In this document: positions 29,140 to 39,111 of the stretch, piece after piece | Numbering within the stretch: position 1 is the first letter of the stretch | Layout: each line of letters starts with the position of its first letter | NCBI GenBank assembly: GCA_964425805.1 | Contig: CAYRNS010000001.1 | Location: forward strand, 1 to 63,145 | From: an uncultured Candidatus Saccharibacteria bacterium | Lineage (GTDB): Bacteria; Patescibacteriota; Saccharimonadia; Saccharimonadales; Saccharimonadaceae | DNA: 63,145 nt | Direction: 5' to 3' | Made by a program: the position numbers and the translations under genes | The notes under the pieces: model-generated | The model's input: only the letters and a program-made list of their open reading frames with translations | Database searches by the model: none | What the model was told of the DNA's origin: nothing

Positions 29140-30345
29140 ATGCGCGGAATTTGTCTCTATCTTCATATCCATCAACCTTGGCGTGTTCGCGCCTACTCGA
29201 TTTTCGACGTCGGCGTTAGCGACAATTACTTTTTCGATTCAAACTACCACTCAAAGCAGAACAACGAGCGAATTTTCCGCAAAGTTGCCGCCAAAAGTTA
29301 CCTCCCGACTTTCGACTTACTAGAGAAAAATCTCGAAAAACACCAAGGCTTTAAATTCAGCCTCTCCATCACCGGCATTTGGCTTGAGCAGGCGGAAATG
29401 TGGATGCCCGAGCTAATCGAACGGTTAAAAAAGATGGTTAAAACCGGTCGCGTTGAACTTGTCGCCGAAACTTATTATCACTCCATGTCTTTCTTCTACG
29501 ATAAAGACGAGTTTAAGGAACAGGTCCAAAAGCAAGTCGAAACTTTCAAACGTCTCTTTAACGTCACGCCGAAAGTCTTCCGTAATACTGAATTTTCCTA
29601 CAACGACGAAGTCGGTAAAACCGTCGAAGCACTCGGCTTTAAGGCTTGCCTCGCTGAGGGTTGGGACAAGGTCCTCGGCTGGCGCAGCCCGAACTTTGTT
29701 TATAAAGCCGCGGGGACAAAAAACTTGCAGCTCTTGCTAAAAAACTATCGTCTTTCCGACGACATCGCTTTCCGCTTCTCCGACAAATCTTGGAAAGACT
29801 GGCCGCTCACGGTCGACAAATACGAACAATGGCTCAACGACGCCTGTCTCGACGGCAATCTCGTCAATCTCTTCATGGATTTTGAGACTTTCGGCGAACA
29901 CCAATGGCGAGAAACTGGCATTTTCGAGTTTATGGACCGCCTGATTGGCTCTTGGCTTTCTAAATTCGACAATAAATTCCTCACCGTTTCTGAAGAAGCC
30001 GAGATCAAACCAATTGGCGAAATTTCTTATCCCTGGACAGTTACTTGGGCAGATACCGAACGCGATCTCTCCGCTTGGATGGGCAACAAACTCCAAGACG
30101 AAGCCATGTCGAGTCTTTACAACTTACGCAAAAAAGTCCTCGCCACGTCAAAAATCCGCAAGGACGAAAAACTCCTCGAGGATTTTCGCCGCCTCACCAC
30201 TTCCGACCACGCCTATTATATGTGCACCAAATACTGGAACGACGGCGACGTTCACGCTTACTTCTCCGCCTATGATTCGCCCTACGACGCTTTTATGTAT
30301 TTCCTAAATGCCCTGCGTAGTCTACAATATAGACTAGACTTATGA
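29140..30345 (+). CDS. Glycoside hydrolase family 57 (alpha-amylase type)
   Basis: HIHQP, ETYYHS, FRNTE, LSDDIAFRF, MDFETFGEHQW, SDH.YYM. Confidence 0.92.
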   Translation: MRGICLYLHIHQPWRVRAYSIFDVGVSDNYFFDSNYHSKQNNERIFRKVAAKSYLPTFDLLEKNLEKHQGFKFSLSITGIWLEQAEMWMPELIERLKKMVKTGRVELVAETYYHSMSFFYDKDEFKEQVQKQVETFKRLFNVTPKVFRNTEFSYNDEVGKTVEALGFKACLAEGWDKVLGWRSPNFVYKAAGTKNLQLLLKNYRLSDDIAFRFSDKSWKDWPLTVDKYEQWLNDACLDGNLVNLFMDFETFGEHQWRETGIFEFMDRLIGSWLSKFDNKFLTVSEEAEIKPIGEISYPWTVTWADTERDLSAWMGNKLQDEAMSSLYNLRKKVLATSKIRKDEKLLEDFRRLTTSDHAYYMCTKYWNDGDVHAYFSAYDSPYDAFMYFLNALRSLQYRLDL

Positions 30346-31805
30346 AACGCCTGAAACACTTTTTTGTTTTTCTCTACGAACATCTCGAATACATTTTTGC
30401 CGCCATCCTCTTTGTCGGCGTTTTCTATCTCGCCTTTACCCAAGGCTCTTATGCCGACCCCGCCGTCCCGCGCGAAAATCTCTACACTCAAAAAATCTTC
30501 GACCAATCTTATGTCCATAAAGTCGAAGTAGAAATCGGCAATACCGACCTCGAAAACCTCCTCGCCGAACCACGCGAACGTGTCAAATACGCCACTTCTG
30601 TCACAATCGACGGCGAACAGTTCAAAGACGTTGCTTTCTCAACGCGCGGCAACGGCTCGCTCATGGAACTCTCTGCCGACGCAGAAACCGACCGTTATAG
30701 TTACACTCTCAACTTCCATAAATACAGTAAGGGTTCTTATTACGGTCTCGACAAACTCGTCCTTAACAACCTCTTCGTCGACCCTAGCTATCTCAGAAAC
30801 TACCTCGCCTTTAAACTTGCCGCCGCTAGCCAAATCGATATGCCGCTCACCTCTTTCACTGAACTTTATATTAACGGCGAACTCAAAGGTCTTTATCTCG
30901 CCATCGAGGGCGTCGACCACGCCTATCTCAACCGCACCAACTCCTCCCCTGACGCCGCCCTCTTCCACCCCGTCCCTCACTCAATCGACCATAATCGCGT
31001 TTACGAGGAAAGCAAAACTACCATCGCCGGCGAAGTTACGCCTTGGGACGCCGACCCGGGCTATGGTGGCACTGATTTTAGATATCTCGGCGACGAACCG
31101 GAAAAATACAGCGCCATCTTTTCCAATGCCGCCACTAAATATTCTCAAGCCGACGAAGCCCTCATCATCAACGCCATCCGCTCGCTTGAGCCGAACGAAC
31201 TCTCCGTTTCGCCTGAACAATTCTGGGACATCGACTCCATTATTAACTTCTTCGTCACCGCCGCCTTTGCCCCCAACGGCGACAGCTACCTCGGTGTTAC
31301 TGCACAAAATTATTACATCAAAATTTCCAACGGCAAGCTTTCGCTCATCCCTTGGGATTTTGACCGCGCGTTTTACGTCAGCGGACTCACAGAGAGTCTC
31401 GATGCTAAGGACGGTGCTGTACTCTGGCCAATTGACTCGCCCCTTTTTAGCACAATAGAAGACGAACGCCCGCTCTGGCGGCTTATCGTCGACAACCCGG
31501 AATATCTCGAACAATACCACGCTCGCATCCAGCAAGTTCTCGACGACTATTTGCTCAGCGGCAAATGTCGCCAAGATTTTGACACCGCCGTCGAATTAAT
31601 CCGCTACTACGTTTATTCCGACCCCACTCGCTTCGGCACTGTCGAAGAATTTGAAGATGGCGTCGAATATCTCCGCCGCTTCATCCTCTTCCGCGCCGAT
31701 TCGCTTCAAAAGCAACTCTGGGGTCTCCTGCCTCGCCATCGCGACGACATCGACCTCGAGAACTATCAACCGCTCGACCTCAGTGCGCCCATTATTGCCG
31801 AATAA
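30342..31805 (+). CDS. CotH kinase family protein
   Basis: RGNGS, GLDKLVLNN, DPSYLR, GLYLAIE, QNYY, IPWDFD. Confidence 0.88.
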   Translation: MKRLKHFFVFLYEHLEYIFAAILFVGVFYLAFTQGSYADPAVPRENLYTQKIFDQSYVHKVEVEIGNTDLENLLAEPRERVKYATSVTIDGEQFKDVAFSTRGNGSLMELSADAETDRYSYTLNFHKYSKGSYYGLDKLVLNNLFVDPSYLRNYLAFKLAAASQIDMPLTSFTELYINGELKGLYLAIEGVDHAYLNRTNSSPDAALFHPVPHSIDHNRVYEESKTTIAGEVTPWDADPGYGGTDFRYLGDEPEKYSAIFSNAATKYSQADEALIINAIRSLEPNELSVSPEQFWDIDSIINFFVTAAFAPNGDSYLGVTAQNYYIKISNGKLSLIPWDFDRAFYVSGLTESLDAKDGAVLWPIDSPLFSTIEDERPLWRLIVDNPEYLEQYHARIQQVLDDYLLSGKCRQDFDTAVELIRYYVYSDPTRFGTVEEFEDGVEYLRRFILFRADSLQKQLWGLLPRHRDDIDLENYQPLDLSAPIIAE

Positions 31806-31850
31806 TCTTCCCATTTTAGCTAAAGTATGATAAAATAATATCATCCTGAT

Positions 31851-31926
31851 GGGGTACTAGCTCATTTGGTAGAGCGCTTCCATGGCATGGAAGAGGTGAG
31901 GAGTTCGAATCTCCTGTACTCCACCA
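31851..31926 (+). tRNA. tRNA-Ala (GGC)
   Basis: Cloverleaf, CTTCC-ATGGCAT-GGAAG, CCA end. Confidence 0.95.
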
Positions 31927-31949
31927 TTTTTTTGTGCTAAAATGGAAGC

Positions 31950-32963
31950 ATGAAAAAAACAATCTTGACTGGTCTTCGCGTCAACAGCGAACTTACTCTC
32001 GGCAACTATCTCGGCGCTCTGCTCCCGATGGTTCGCCTCGCCAACAAATATTCTAAAGATTACACCGTCAACATCTTCGTCCCTGACCTCCACTCGATTA
32101 TTTCCGAAATCGACGGTAATTTGCAAGAAAACACCCTCAAAAGCCTCAAATATTATCTCGCTGCCGGTCTCGAACTAAACGAAAACGTCCATATCTACCG
32201 TCAATCTCGCGTTTCTGCCCACTCCGAACTTGCTTGGATCTTAAACTGCATTGCCACCATGGGGGAAATGTCCCGCATGACTCAGTACAAGGAAAAATCC
32301 GAGGGCAAGGAAAGCGCCAACGTCGGAATTTTTGATTACCCCGTCTTGATGGCTGCCGACATCTTGCTTTACGACGCCTCTTTCGTCCCTGTCGGCGAAG
32401 ACCAATTCCAACACATCGAACTCACGCGCAACCTTGCTCAGCGCTTCAACAACCGCTTCGGAGAAACTTTCACAGTTCCCGAAGAAACTAAAAAACAAGT
32501 CGAATTCATGGGCGTCGACACCGGCATCCGCATCCGCGACCTCGTCAACCCCGAAAAGAAAATGAGCAAAAGCACCGACGGCGAAAATTGCAAGATCATG
32601 CTTTCTGACGACCCTGACAAAGCCGCTAAAAAAATCATGTCTGCCACCACCGACTCGCTAGAAAAAATTGATTTCAACTTAGAGACCCAACCTGGCATCT
32701 CCAACCTCCTCCAAATCGAGGCGCTCGTCAATGATGTTCCGCTCGGCGAAGTTATCCGCGAGTGGTCAGGCAAAACTCGCTATGGCGACCTTAAGAAACA
32801 AGTCAGCGAAAGCGTCAAAACCCTCCTCGTCAACTTCCAACAGAAACTCGCCGAAACTTCCGACGATACCGTCAAAAACCTCCTCCCAGCCGGCGAAGAA
32901 TATGCCAACGAAGTCGCTAATAAAAAACTCGCCGACGTCTACGCTAAAGTTGGACTACGCTAA
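31950..32963 (+). CDS. trpS: Tryptophan--tRNA ligase
   Basis: TLGNYLG, YPVLMAADIL, VPVGEDQ, KMSKS. Confidence 0.96.
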   Translation: MKKTILTGLRVNSELTLGNYLGALLPMVRLANKYSKDYTVNIFVPDLHSIISEIDGNLQENTLKSLKYYLAAGLELNENVHIYRQSRVSAHSELAWILNCIATMGEMSRMTQYKEKSEGKESANVGIFDYPVLMAADILLYDASFVPVGEDQFQHIELTRNLAQRFNNRFGETFTVPEETKKQVEFMGVDTGIRIRDLVNPEKKMSKSTDGENCKIMLSDDPDKAAKKIMSATTDSLEKIDFNLETQPGISNLLQIEALVNDVPLGEVIREWSGKTRYGDLKKQVSESVKTLLVNFQQKLAETSDDTVKNLLPAGEEYANEVANKKLADVYAKVGLR

Positions 32964-33907
32964 TGATTATTACCGGTAAGAAGTTTTCTAAACCTGCTAT
33001 GTCGCGCGTCATCAACGGCGACGTGGTTTTGGAAACCGAAGCCGAAAAACCAGAAAAATTCCGCCTCGACCACCTCATGGTCGAAAAATACCCCGAATAC
33101 AACCGCTCGACCTTACAGAAATTCATCAAAGAGGGCTACGTCACGGTTGACGGCGTCGTTGTCCAAAAGCCGAATTCTCTGCAAGAAAAAACCGCCCAAA
33201 TCACCCTCACCCTGCCGATTCACTCGCCACTTCGCCAAGAAATTTCGCCCACCGTCATCTACGAAGATGACAACGTTAAGGTCGTCAACAAACCCGCCGG
33301 ACTTCTTAGCATGGGTAAAGGCGAATTCTGCATCGAACCCACACTCGAACATTTCGGGCTCCTCGTTCACCGTCTCGACCGCGGCACGAGCGGTGTCGTC
33401 ATCCTTGCCAAAAACGAAGCTACCCAAAGTATGCTCCGCCGTCAATTCCAAGAGCGCAAAGCACACAAAGTCTACTACGCCGTTGTCAAAGGACGCCCGA
33501 AGCTCGACGAGGCAAAAATCGACCTGCCAATTTCTCGCAATTACAACCATCACGCCACCTTTATGGTTGATCCGAACGGTAAAGAGAGCGTCACTTACTA
33601 CAAAGTCTTAAAATCCACCGGCGAACTCTCCCTCCTTGAACTTCGCCCTGTCACCGGTCGTACGCATCAACTGCGTGTCCACCTCAAATATATCGGCACA
33701 CCCATCCTCGGCGACCCCGTTTATGGCGCTGGCGAAGAAACTATCGCCAACCGCAGCAAAACCAAAATCTCTGACGCCGACCGTCTCTTCCTCCATGCTA
33801 AACAGCTCGAAATCACCATCCCCGGCAAAACTCCGGAAGCCAACAACGAACGTAAAACTTTTGAAGCGCCCGTCCCGCCTGAATTTTTCCAATTCTTCGA
33901 GGGCTAA
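32963..33907 (+). CDS. RluA/RluD family pseudouridine synthase
   Basis: S4 domain, HRLDRGTSG, TGRTHQLRVH, GDPVYG. Confidence 0.93.
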   Translation: MIITGKKFSKPAMSRVINGDVVLETEAEKPEKFRLDHLMVEKYPEYNRSTLQKFIKEGYVTVDGVVVQKPNSLQEKTAQITLTLPIHSPLRQEISPTVIYEDDNVKVVNKPAGLLSMGKGEFCIEPTLEHFGLLVHRLDRGTSGVVILAKNEATQSMLRRQFQERKAHKVYYAVVKGRPKLDEAKIDLPISRNYNHHATFMVDPNGKESVTYYKVLKSTGELSLLELRPVTGRTHQLRVHLKYIGTPILGDPVYGAGEETIANRSKTKISDADRLFLHAKQLEITIPGKTPEANNERKTFEAPVPPEFFQFFEG

Positions 33908-34591
33908 ATGTTCTTCGACTCGCCCGCGCAAATCGCACAACTCGCTCAAAAAACCAACTTCGCCATTTTTGCGCTCGACCCCGCCGCCGCTCAAACAATT
34001 TTGCAAAAAAACTTCAAGGCAAGCGTCCTCTTTCTTGAGCCCGACGCAAAAACTAATAAAATCTCCGTTGAAATGGTCCGCGAGTTCACCGCGTTAGCTA
34101 ACACCGCCGATACAATAGACCGCTTCTTCGTCGTCTTGAACGCCGAAACGCTCAACCCTGCCGCCGAAAATGCTTTCCTGAAAAACCTCGAAGAACCAAA
34201 ACCGCATCATCACTTCGTTCTTGTCACCAAAACTCCCTCCGCACTTCTGCCGACAGTTCTTTCTCGCGCCCAAGTTTTCTACCTTAAGGAAACTGGCGCT
34301 CTCCAAAAACCCGTCGACGCCAGCGACAAAATCAAAGACCTTGCCAAACAGCTCATCGTTGCCGACTCTAAAAAACTCATCGAACTCGCCAACGACATCA
34401 GCAAGAAAAAAGATAATCCTCGCGCTTATGCCCTCGAAATCGTCGGCACCGCCATCGAAATCATGTATAAATCCTACTTCGCCACCAATCAACCTAAATT
34501 CCTCAAAAAACTCCCCAACCTCCTTAAACTTTACGATAACCTGCAGAAAAACGGTCACGTTAAGTTACATATCGTCGCCGATATGTTATAA
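33908..34591 (+). CDS. holB: DNA polymerase III delta-prime-like subunit
   Basis: AENAFLKNLEEP, LLPTVLSR. Confidence 0.7.
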   Translation: MFFDSPAQIAQLAQKTNFAIFALDPAAAQTILQKNFKASVLFLEPDAKTNKISVEMVREFTALANTADTIDRFFVVLNAETLNPAAENAFLKNLEEPKPHHHFVLVTKTPSALLPTVLSRAQVFYLKETGALQKPVDASDKIKDLAKQLIVADSKKLIELANDISKKKDNPRAYALEIVGTAIEIMYKSYFATNQPKFLKKLPNLLKLYDNLQKNGHVKLHIVADML

Positions 34592-34599
34592 TAGAAGAT

Positions 34600-35367
34600 A
34601 TGATTGCAATTTTGCTTATTGCCGTTTTCTTCTCTTTCCTCATTTTTGGTTACCCCGCCATCCTCGCCAAGCGTAAAAAAGAAGAATCCGCCAAATCTCC
34701 TCACTTTGACGCCCAAATGAAAAAACTTTGGAACATCGCTCAAGACTCGATGAAAGAGCGAAAGCCTCTCCGTGCCGAAAAAGCCCTCCTCACTATCTTA
34801 AAATTTGACGAAAAAAACGCCGCCGCTTACAACCGCCTCGGGATTCTTTACGCCAAGGAGCAAAAGTTCAACGAAGCTATCGAATGCTTCGAAATCGCTC
34901 AATCTCTCGACAACAACCCCTCTTCGCTTCATAACGCCGGTCTGATTTACCTCGAAACTGGTGCCTATGAAAAAGCCGAAATGGCATTTAAACAAGCACT
35001 AGAACTCGAGGGTGGTATCCCCGCCCGCTTCATCGCTCTCGCTAAGGCGGAAGAAAAACTTGGCAAACGCAAGGAAGCCATCGACGCCCTTGAATCCGCC
35101 TACGAACTTGAAGCATCCACCACCACTCTCCGCCAAATCCTTGCCCTCTACGAAGCCTCTGGCGACGCCGAGGGAATTGAAGACACCACTCTCCGCATCA
35201 ATAATCAGCTCGCTGCCCTTGAACGCAAGAAAAAAGCCGGCGCTCCGAAACGTCGTGTCGTCCGTCGCGCGTCTCGTGCCGCCGCTAAAGCCGCCAAGAA
35301 ACCCCTCAACAACTCCGCCGCGACACATCCTCGCGCTCGTCTCGTCCGTCCTAAAAAGTCCGCTTAA
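34600..35367 (+). CDS. Tetratricopeptide repeat protein
   Basis: AYNRLGILY, HNAGLIY TPRs; N-terminal TM, basic tail. Confidence 0.85.
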   Translation: MIAILLIAVFFSFLIFGYPAILAKRKKEESAKSPHFDAQMKKLWNIAQDSMKERKPLRAEKALLTILKFDEKNAAAYNRLGILYAKEQKFNEAIECFEIAQSLDNNPSSLHNAGLIYLETGAYEKAEMAFKQALELEGGIPARFIALAKAEEKLGKRKEAIDALESAYELEASTTTLRQILALYEASGDAEGIEDTTLRINNQLAALERKKKAGAPKRRVVRRASRAAAKAAKKPLNNSAATHPRARLVRPKKSA

Positions 35368-35420
35368 AATTCAAACCAAGAAAAATCCCCCGCTTATCCA
35401 GCGAGGGTTTGTTGGGGACT

Positions 35421-36287
35421 TCAGTAATCGTAAAATTTTTTCACGCCAGGCGGCGGCGCTCCAGGGGTGCAATCCTTGACCAACGGGTCAAGTTCCTGAT
35501 AATCCTCGGCATAAACTGCCTCAATGATTCCGACAAAGAACGGCAACTTTGACGTATATCGATAGTTCTTGAGCAAATGCGCAAACATATTGTCAATTGC
35601 TCGCTCCGAACCGGTCTCCTGGCAGAGCGCACGGTCTTGATCGGTTAAGCCGCGCTTGATGTGCATATCTCCGACAATACCTTTCGACTTCAAATAGCCG
35701 ATGCCGAGGATAAACGCGACCTTGTCAAATAGCTTCACGACCGTCCGATTATCTCGCACGTCTGCAAACTGCTTCTGATGGCGCTCCTGTGCTTCCGGCG
35801 GGAAATACCGCATAAACTCATCAAAAGCTTTCTGCTCCAAGGCGTCTTTCTCCTGGGTATTGTAGCTACCATCTTCTGTCCAGTCGCCAATCGTCACTTC
35901 ACCAATCTCGTGCATCAAAGCCTCTTCGACATGGTCCAGCCACTGCACACTCTCGCCATACATCGGCGGGATGTAATCTCCAAAGAAATCCCTGAAGAAA
36001 ACAACGGCATAAACCATACCGAGTACATGAATCGCATCGTCAAGTTCGCGGCTATTCGGAAAGAACAGGAGCATCTCCGGATCATCGAAGAATCCCATCT
36101 TCACATAGCCCATCCGCTTGACGAGCCGCAGGTCAATCGCGTGCTTCCACGCTCGGTAAAAGTTCCGGCAGCGCTCGTCGAAATCCGGAATCCGGTTCCG
36201 ACAAACTTCAAGGTAAAAATCCATCGTCGACTTCTTCGGCTCGTTTTCGTTCACTACGATCTCCGTCTTCAAAATATTTTTGCCCAC
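35421..36287 (-). CDS. HD-domain-like hydrolase (YfbR-like)
   Basis: KRMGY, DAIH, MHEIGE..IGD, KLFDK. Confidence 0.6.
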   Translation of the reverse strand: MGKNILKTEIVVNENEPKKSTMDFYLEVCRNRIPDFDERCRNFYRAWKHAIDLRLVKRMGYVKMGFFDDPEMLLFFPNSRELDDAIHVLGMVYAVVFFRDFFGDYIPPMYGESVQWLDHVEEALMHEIGEVTIGDWTEDGSYNTQEKDALEQKAFDEFMRYFPPEAQERHQKQFADVRDNRTVVKLFDKVAFILGIGYLKSKGIVGDMHIKRGLTDQDRALCQETGSERAIDNMFAHLLKNYRYTSKLPFFVGIIEAVYAEDYQELDPLVKDCTPGAPPPGVKKFYDY

Positions 36288-36444
36288 TCGACTTCACCTC
36301 TTTCAAATTTTCTAAGCCCCAGATTTTTAAAGTCCCGCCCACCAACACATCAAGTTTATCAAAAATCTTCCCAAACCAAAAGCACGAGCATAAACCGAAG
36401 TTACGCTTGAAAAAACCGGAGGAGTTTGCTATATTATATATGTT

Positions 36445-36529
36445 GCTGGAATCGTCTAGTGGCAATGACAAGAGACTGTAAATCTCTCGCCTTCGGGCTT
36501 CGTAGGTTCGAGTCCTACTTCCAGCACCA
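36445..36529 (+). tRNA. tRNA-Tyr (GTA)
   Basis: AGAGA-CTGTAAA-TCTCT, long variable arm, CCA. Confidence 0.95.
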
Positions 36530-36556
36530 TATTAACATAACTGAAAGTATCAATAC

Positions 36557-36631
36557 GCCGCCTTAGCTCAGTGGTAGAGCACGTCCATGGTAAGGACGGG
36601 GTCTCGAGTTCAAGTCTCGAAGGCGGCTCCA
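36557..36631 (+). tRNA. tRNA-Thr (GGT)
   Basis: CGTCC-ATGGTAA-GGACG, CCA. Confidence 0.95.
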
Positions 36632-36635
36632 CAAA

Positions 36636-37301
36636 ATGAATTCAAAAGAACGTAGCCAAATCATCATCAAATCCGGCTACTTTTTTATTGCCACCAACTT
36701 CCTCCTCGCCACCTTTAATCTCGTCGTCGGCCTCGTCGCTGGCTCTCTCGCCATCACTTCTGACGCTGCTCACTCCCTCATCGACGCCGTCTCCGGCTTC
36801 GTCGTCCTCATCGGTGAAAAACTCGCCGGTCATAAAAAGCTCAAACAAAACCGCGCCAAAATCGAGCGCTTCAGTACAGTTTTCATCGCTCTTATCATCC
36901 TCGCTGCCGGCGTCCACGTCGTCATCGAAGCTATCGAAAAGCTCACTGCCGCCGAAGCCGAGGCACCCGAATACTCCGCCGCCACCATCATCGTCCTCAT
37001 CGGCTCCATCCTCGCCAAATTCGTCCTTGCTACCTACCTCAACCGCCGCGGCGCTCGCTACCGCTCCAAAGTCCTCTCCGCTTCTGGCGCCGAGACCATG
37101 AACGATATGCTCATCTCCCTCGCCGTCTTCACCGCCGTCATCGTCTACTTCGCTTGGGGTGTCGACATCGAAGCTTACGTCTCCCTCGCCATCTCCCTCA
37201 TCATCTTCAAAATCGGTCTCGAATTCATCTTCCCCCACCTCTCACATCATCACCATCATCCCCTTGAATCCGACCCCGACCACGATCATTGCGGCAAATA
37301 A
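36636..37301 (+). CDS. Cation diffusion facilitator transporter (TM domain only, His-rich tail)
   Basis: SLAITSDAAHSLID, ETMND; ends HHHHHPLESDPDHDHC. Confidence 0.85.
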   Translation: MNSKERSQIIIKSGYFFIATNFLLATFNLVVGLVAGSLAITSDAAHSLIDAVSGFVVLIGEKLAGHKKLKQNRAKIERFSTVFIALIILAAGVHVVIEAIEKLTAAEAEAPEYSAATIIVLIGSILAKFVLATYLNRRGARYRSKVLSASGAETMNDMLISLAVFTAVIVYFAWGVDIEAYVSLAISLIIFKIGLEFIFPHLSHHHHHPLESDPDHDHCGK

Positions 37302-37327
37302 AAATCCCCGCCATTTACCGGCAGGGA

Positions 37328-37795
37328 TTATTTTTGTCGAGGACCAAACAGGGAAGAAATCAACGCTCCTAGCGTCACACCAGCGAGGTTAATTCCACCA
37401 TCAGGCAGCGCACTGACACGTCCAGGCGCGAAAAGCTGAATCGCTTCGTCAAACACCGCAAGGCAAATTGACAATATCCACGCAAAGCGTAGTCCCTCTC
37501 GCCTCTGCGGAAAACTCCACGCACTCGCCCTCACAGCGAAAAACGCTAGGAACAGGTGCACCGTAAAATGCGCCAATTTCCGCACTAAAAGATGAAAAGT
37601 CGCAAAAGACATCCCGCGGTCGAGCAACGCTTTTGTTACTACGTTCGACGCTTTCCAAATCTTCCTTGCCAGCCAGCCCGACACATCGGAGCTACCTGAC
37701 CCGTTCTGACTCGACAGATACACCGTTAAAACCAACCAAATTGCAAACAAACTCCACCAAAACGCGCGCCAAAAACGGATTTTTCTTCGACTCAT
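37328..37795 (-). CDS. VanZ family protein
   Basis: SSQ, RKLAHF, DEAIQLFAPGR. Confidence 0.85.
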   Translation of the reverse strand: MSRRKIRFWRAFWWSLFAIWLVLTVYLSSQNGSGSSDVSGWLARKIWKASNVVTKALLDRGMSFATFHLLVRKLAHFTVHLFLAFFAVRASAWSFPQRREGLRFAWILSICLAVFDEAIQLFAPGRVSALPDGGINLAGVTLGALISSLFGPRQK

Positions 37796-37895
37796 AAAAT
37801 CCTCCTTTCAAAGAACAATACTCATACAATTATAATATACATTAGCAAAAATGTCAACTTGACCCAACTCAAAACCCGTGCTAAACTGGTCGTAT

Positions 37896-37971
37896 GCCGT
37901 GTTAGCTCAGTTAGTAGAGCAGCCGCCTTGTAAGCGGCAGGTCGTCGGGGCAGAGCCGACACACGGCTCCA
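37896..37971 (+). tRNA. tRNA-Thr (TGT), non-canonical T-loop
   Basis: GCCGC-CTTGTAA-GCGGC; T-arm GTCGG-GGCAGAG-CCGAC; CCA. Confidence 0.88.
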
Positions 37972-38022
37972 TTTTTAGCTTGTTTACATTTTTAAACAGA
38001 TATGATAAAATAAAGGACAATT

Positions 38023-38232
38023 ATGGCAAAGAAGAATAATACTAAGCGCAAACTCGTCGGTCTCGTCTCTGAAGAATCCGGTATTCGTCAGTATTACACG
38101 AAGAAAAACACGATGAACACCCCGGACAAACTCAGCTTGAAGAAATACGACCCAATTCTCCGCAAACACGTCGTCTTCACCGAAACCAAGAAGAATCTCG
38201 GCAGAAACGAAGTTAAGGAAAAGAAACGCTAG
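38023..38232 (+). CDS. rpmG: 50S ribosomal protein L33
   Basis: YYTKKN...[19 protein letters not shown]. Confidence 0.95.
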   Translation: MAKKNNTKRKLVGLVSEESGIRQYYTKKNTMNTPDKLSLKKYDPILRKHVVFTETKKNLGRNEVKEKKR

Positions 38233-38233
38233 A

Positions 38234-38263
38234 AAAAACTCCCCGTGATAGGGGAGATTTTTT
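38234..38263 (+). terminator. Intrinsic terminator after rpmG
   Basis: CTCCCC-GTGATA-GGGGAG-ATTTTTTT. Confidence 0.8.
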
Positions 38264-38385
38264 GCGAAATAGGTATTTTGGCGGAGTTCAAGGAAAAGCC
38301 AAGTAGCGGAGCGAACCGTATTTATTGATACGGAGAGCGAGCAACGGAGGCTTTGACGCGGAAATCCGCTAAAATAACATTTCGC
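38264..38385. repeat. ~120-bp imperfect palindrome (REP/MITE-like or structured RNA)
   Basis: GCGAAAT/ATTTCGC, TATTTTGGCGGA/TCCGCTAAAATA, AAAGCC/GGCTTT, CCGTAT/ATACGG nested stems. Confidence 0.7.
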
Positions 38386-38447
38386 TATTGCTTTTTTGAC
38401 AAAATTATGCTATAATGGCCTCATATACATTTAATTGAGAGATGTGT

Positions 38448-39104
38448 ATGAGTAAAGGAGTTATTTTTAGAATTTTCAACCGCTTCCCGAGCCTTTTCTG
38501 CTCGTTAGCTCTGTTTGGTTTCTTCACCCTCGCTGGACTTAATCAACAGCTCAACTTAAACCTCCCTAGCGAAGCTAAGGTTCGCGACAAGGTCGATTTC
38601 TCGACCGCGTTCGCTACTGCCGAAAAACTCGACATCCGCTCCGCCTCTAACGGTACCGCCGCCGTCCCGTCTACAAGCTACGTCGCTAGCTACGGCTCTT
38701 GGCGTTCCGCTTACTCCGGCACTGCCTCTGCCGTCTCCAGCGGTGCCGACTTCGCCATCTACTCACGTCCCACCACTTCCAATGACTTTATTGACGAGAA
38801 TGAATCCGGCGTCCTCGCCTACAAAGGCAGCTTCTTCTTCGGTCACTCCGGTGGTCCACTCAACTGGGTCAAGTCCGCCGCAAAAGACAACACCGTCTCG
38901 ATCGACGGCACCGTTTACCGCATCGTCCAAAAAACCACTCTCCCCATCGCCACCGTCAAAAACGTCTACTTCAGCATCTCTGAATACCACTCTTATCGCG
39001 GCAAAAATTACGACGCCGTCATTATGACTTGCGGCGACGGCACCTATGGCGCCAACGGCAACAGCTCCGACTGGCGTACATTCCTCTTTCTCAAACGCGC
39101 CTAA
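38448..39104 (+). CDS. Sortase-fold-like membrane-anchored protein
   Basis: TM anchor; FGHS...IMTC...WR matches the His-Cys-Arg triad order. Confidence 0.55.
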   Translation: MSKGVIFRIFNRFPSLFCSLALFGFFTLAGLNQQLNLNLPSEAKVRDKVDFSTAFATAEKLDIRSASNGTAAVPSTSYVASYGSWRSAYSGTASAVSSGADFAIYSRPTTSNDFIDENESGVLAYKGSFFFGHSGGPLNWVKSAAKDNTVSIDGTVYRIVQKTTLPIATVKNVYFSISEYHSYRGKNYDAVIMTCGDGTYGANGNSSDWRTFLFLKRA

Positions 39105-39111
39105 GTAGCAC

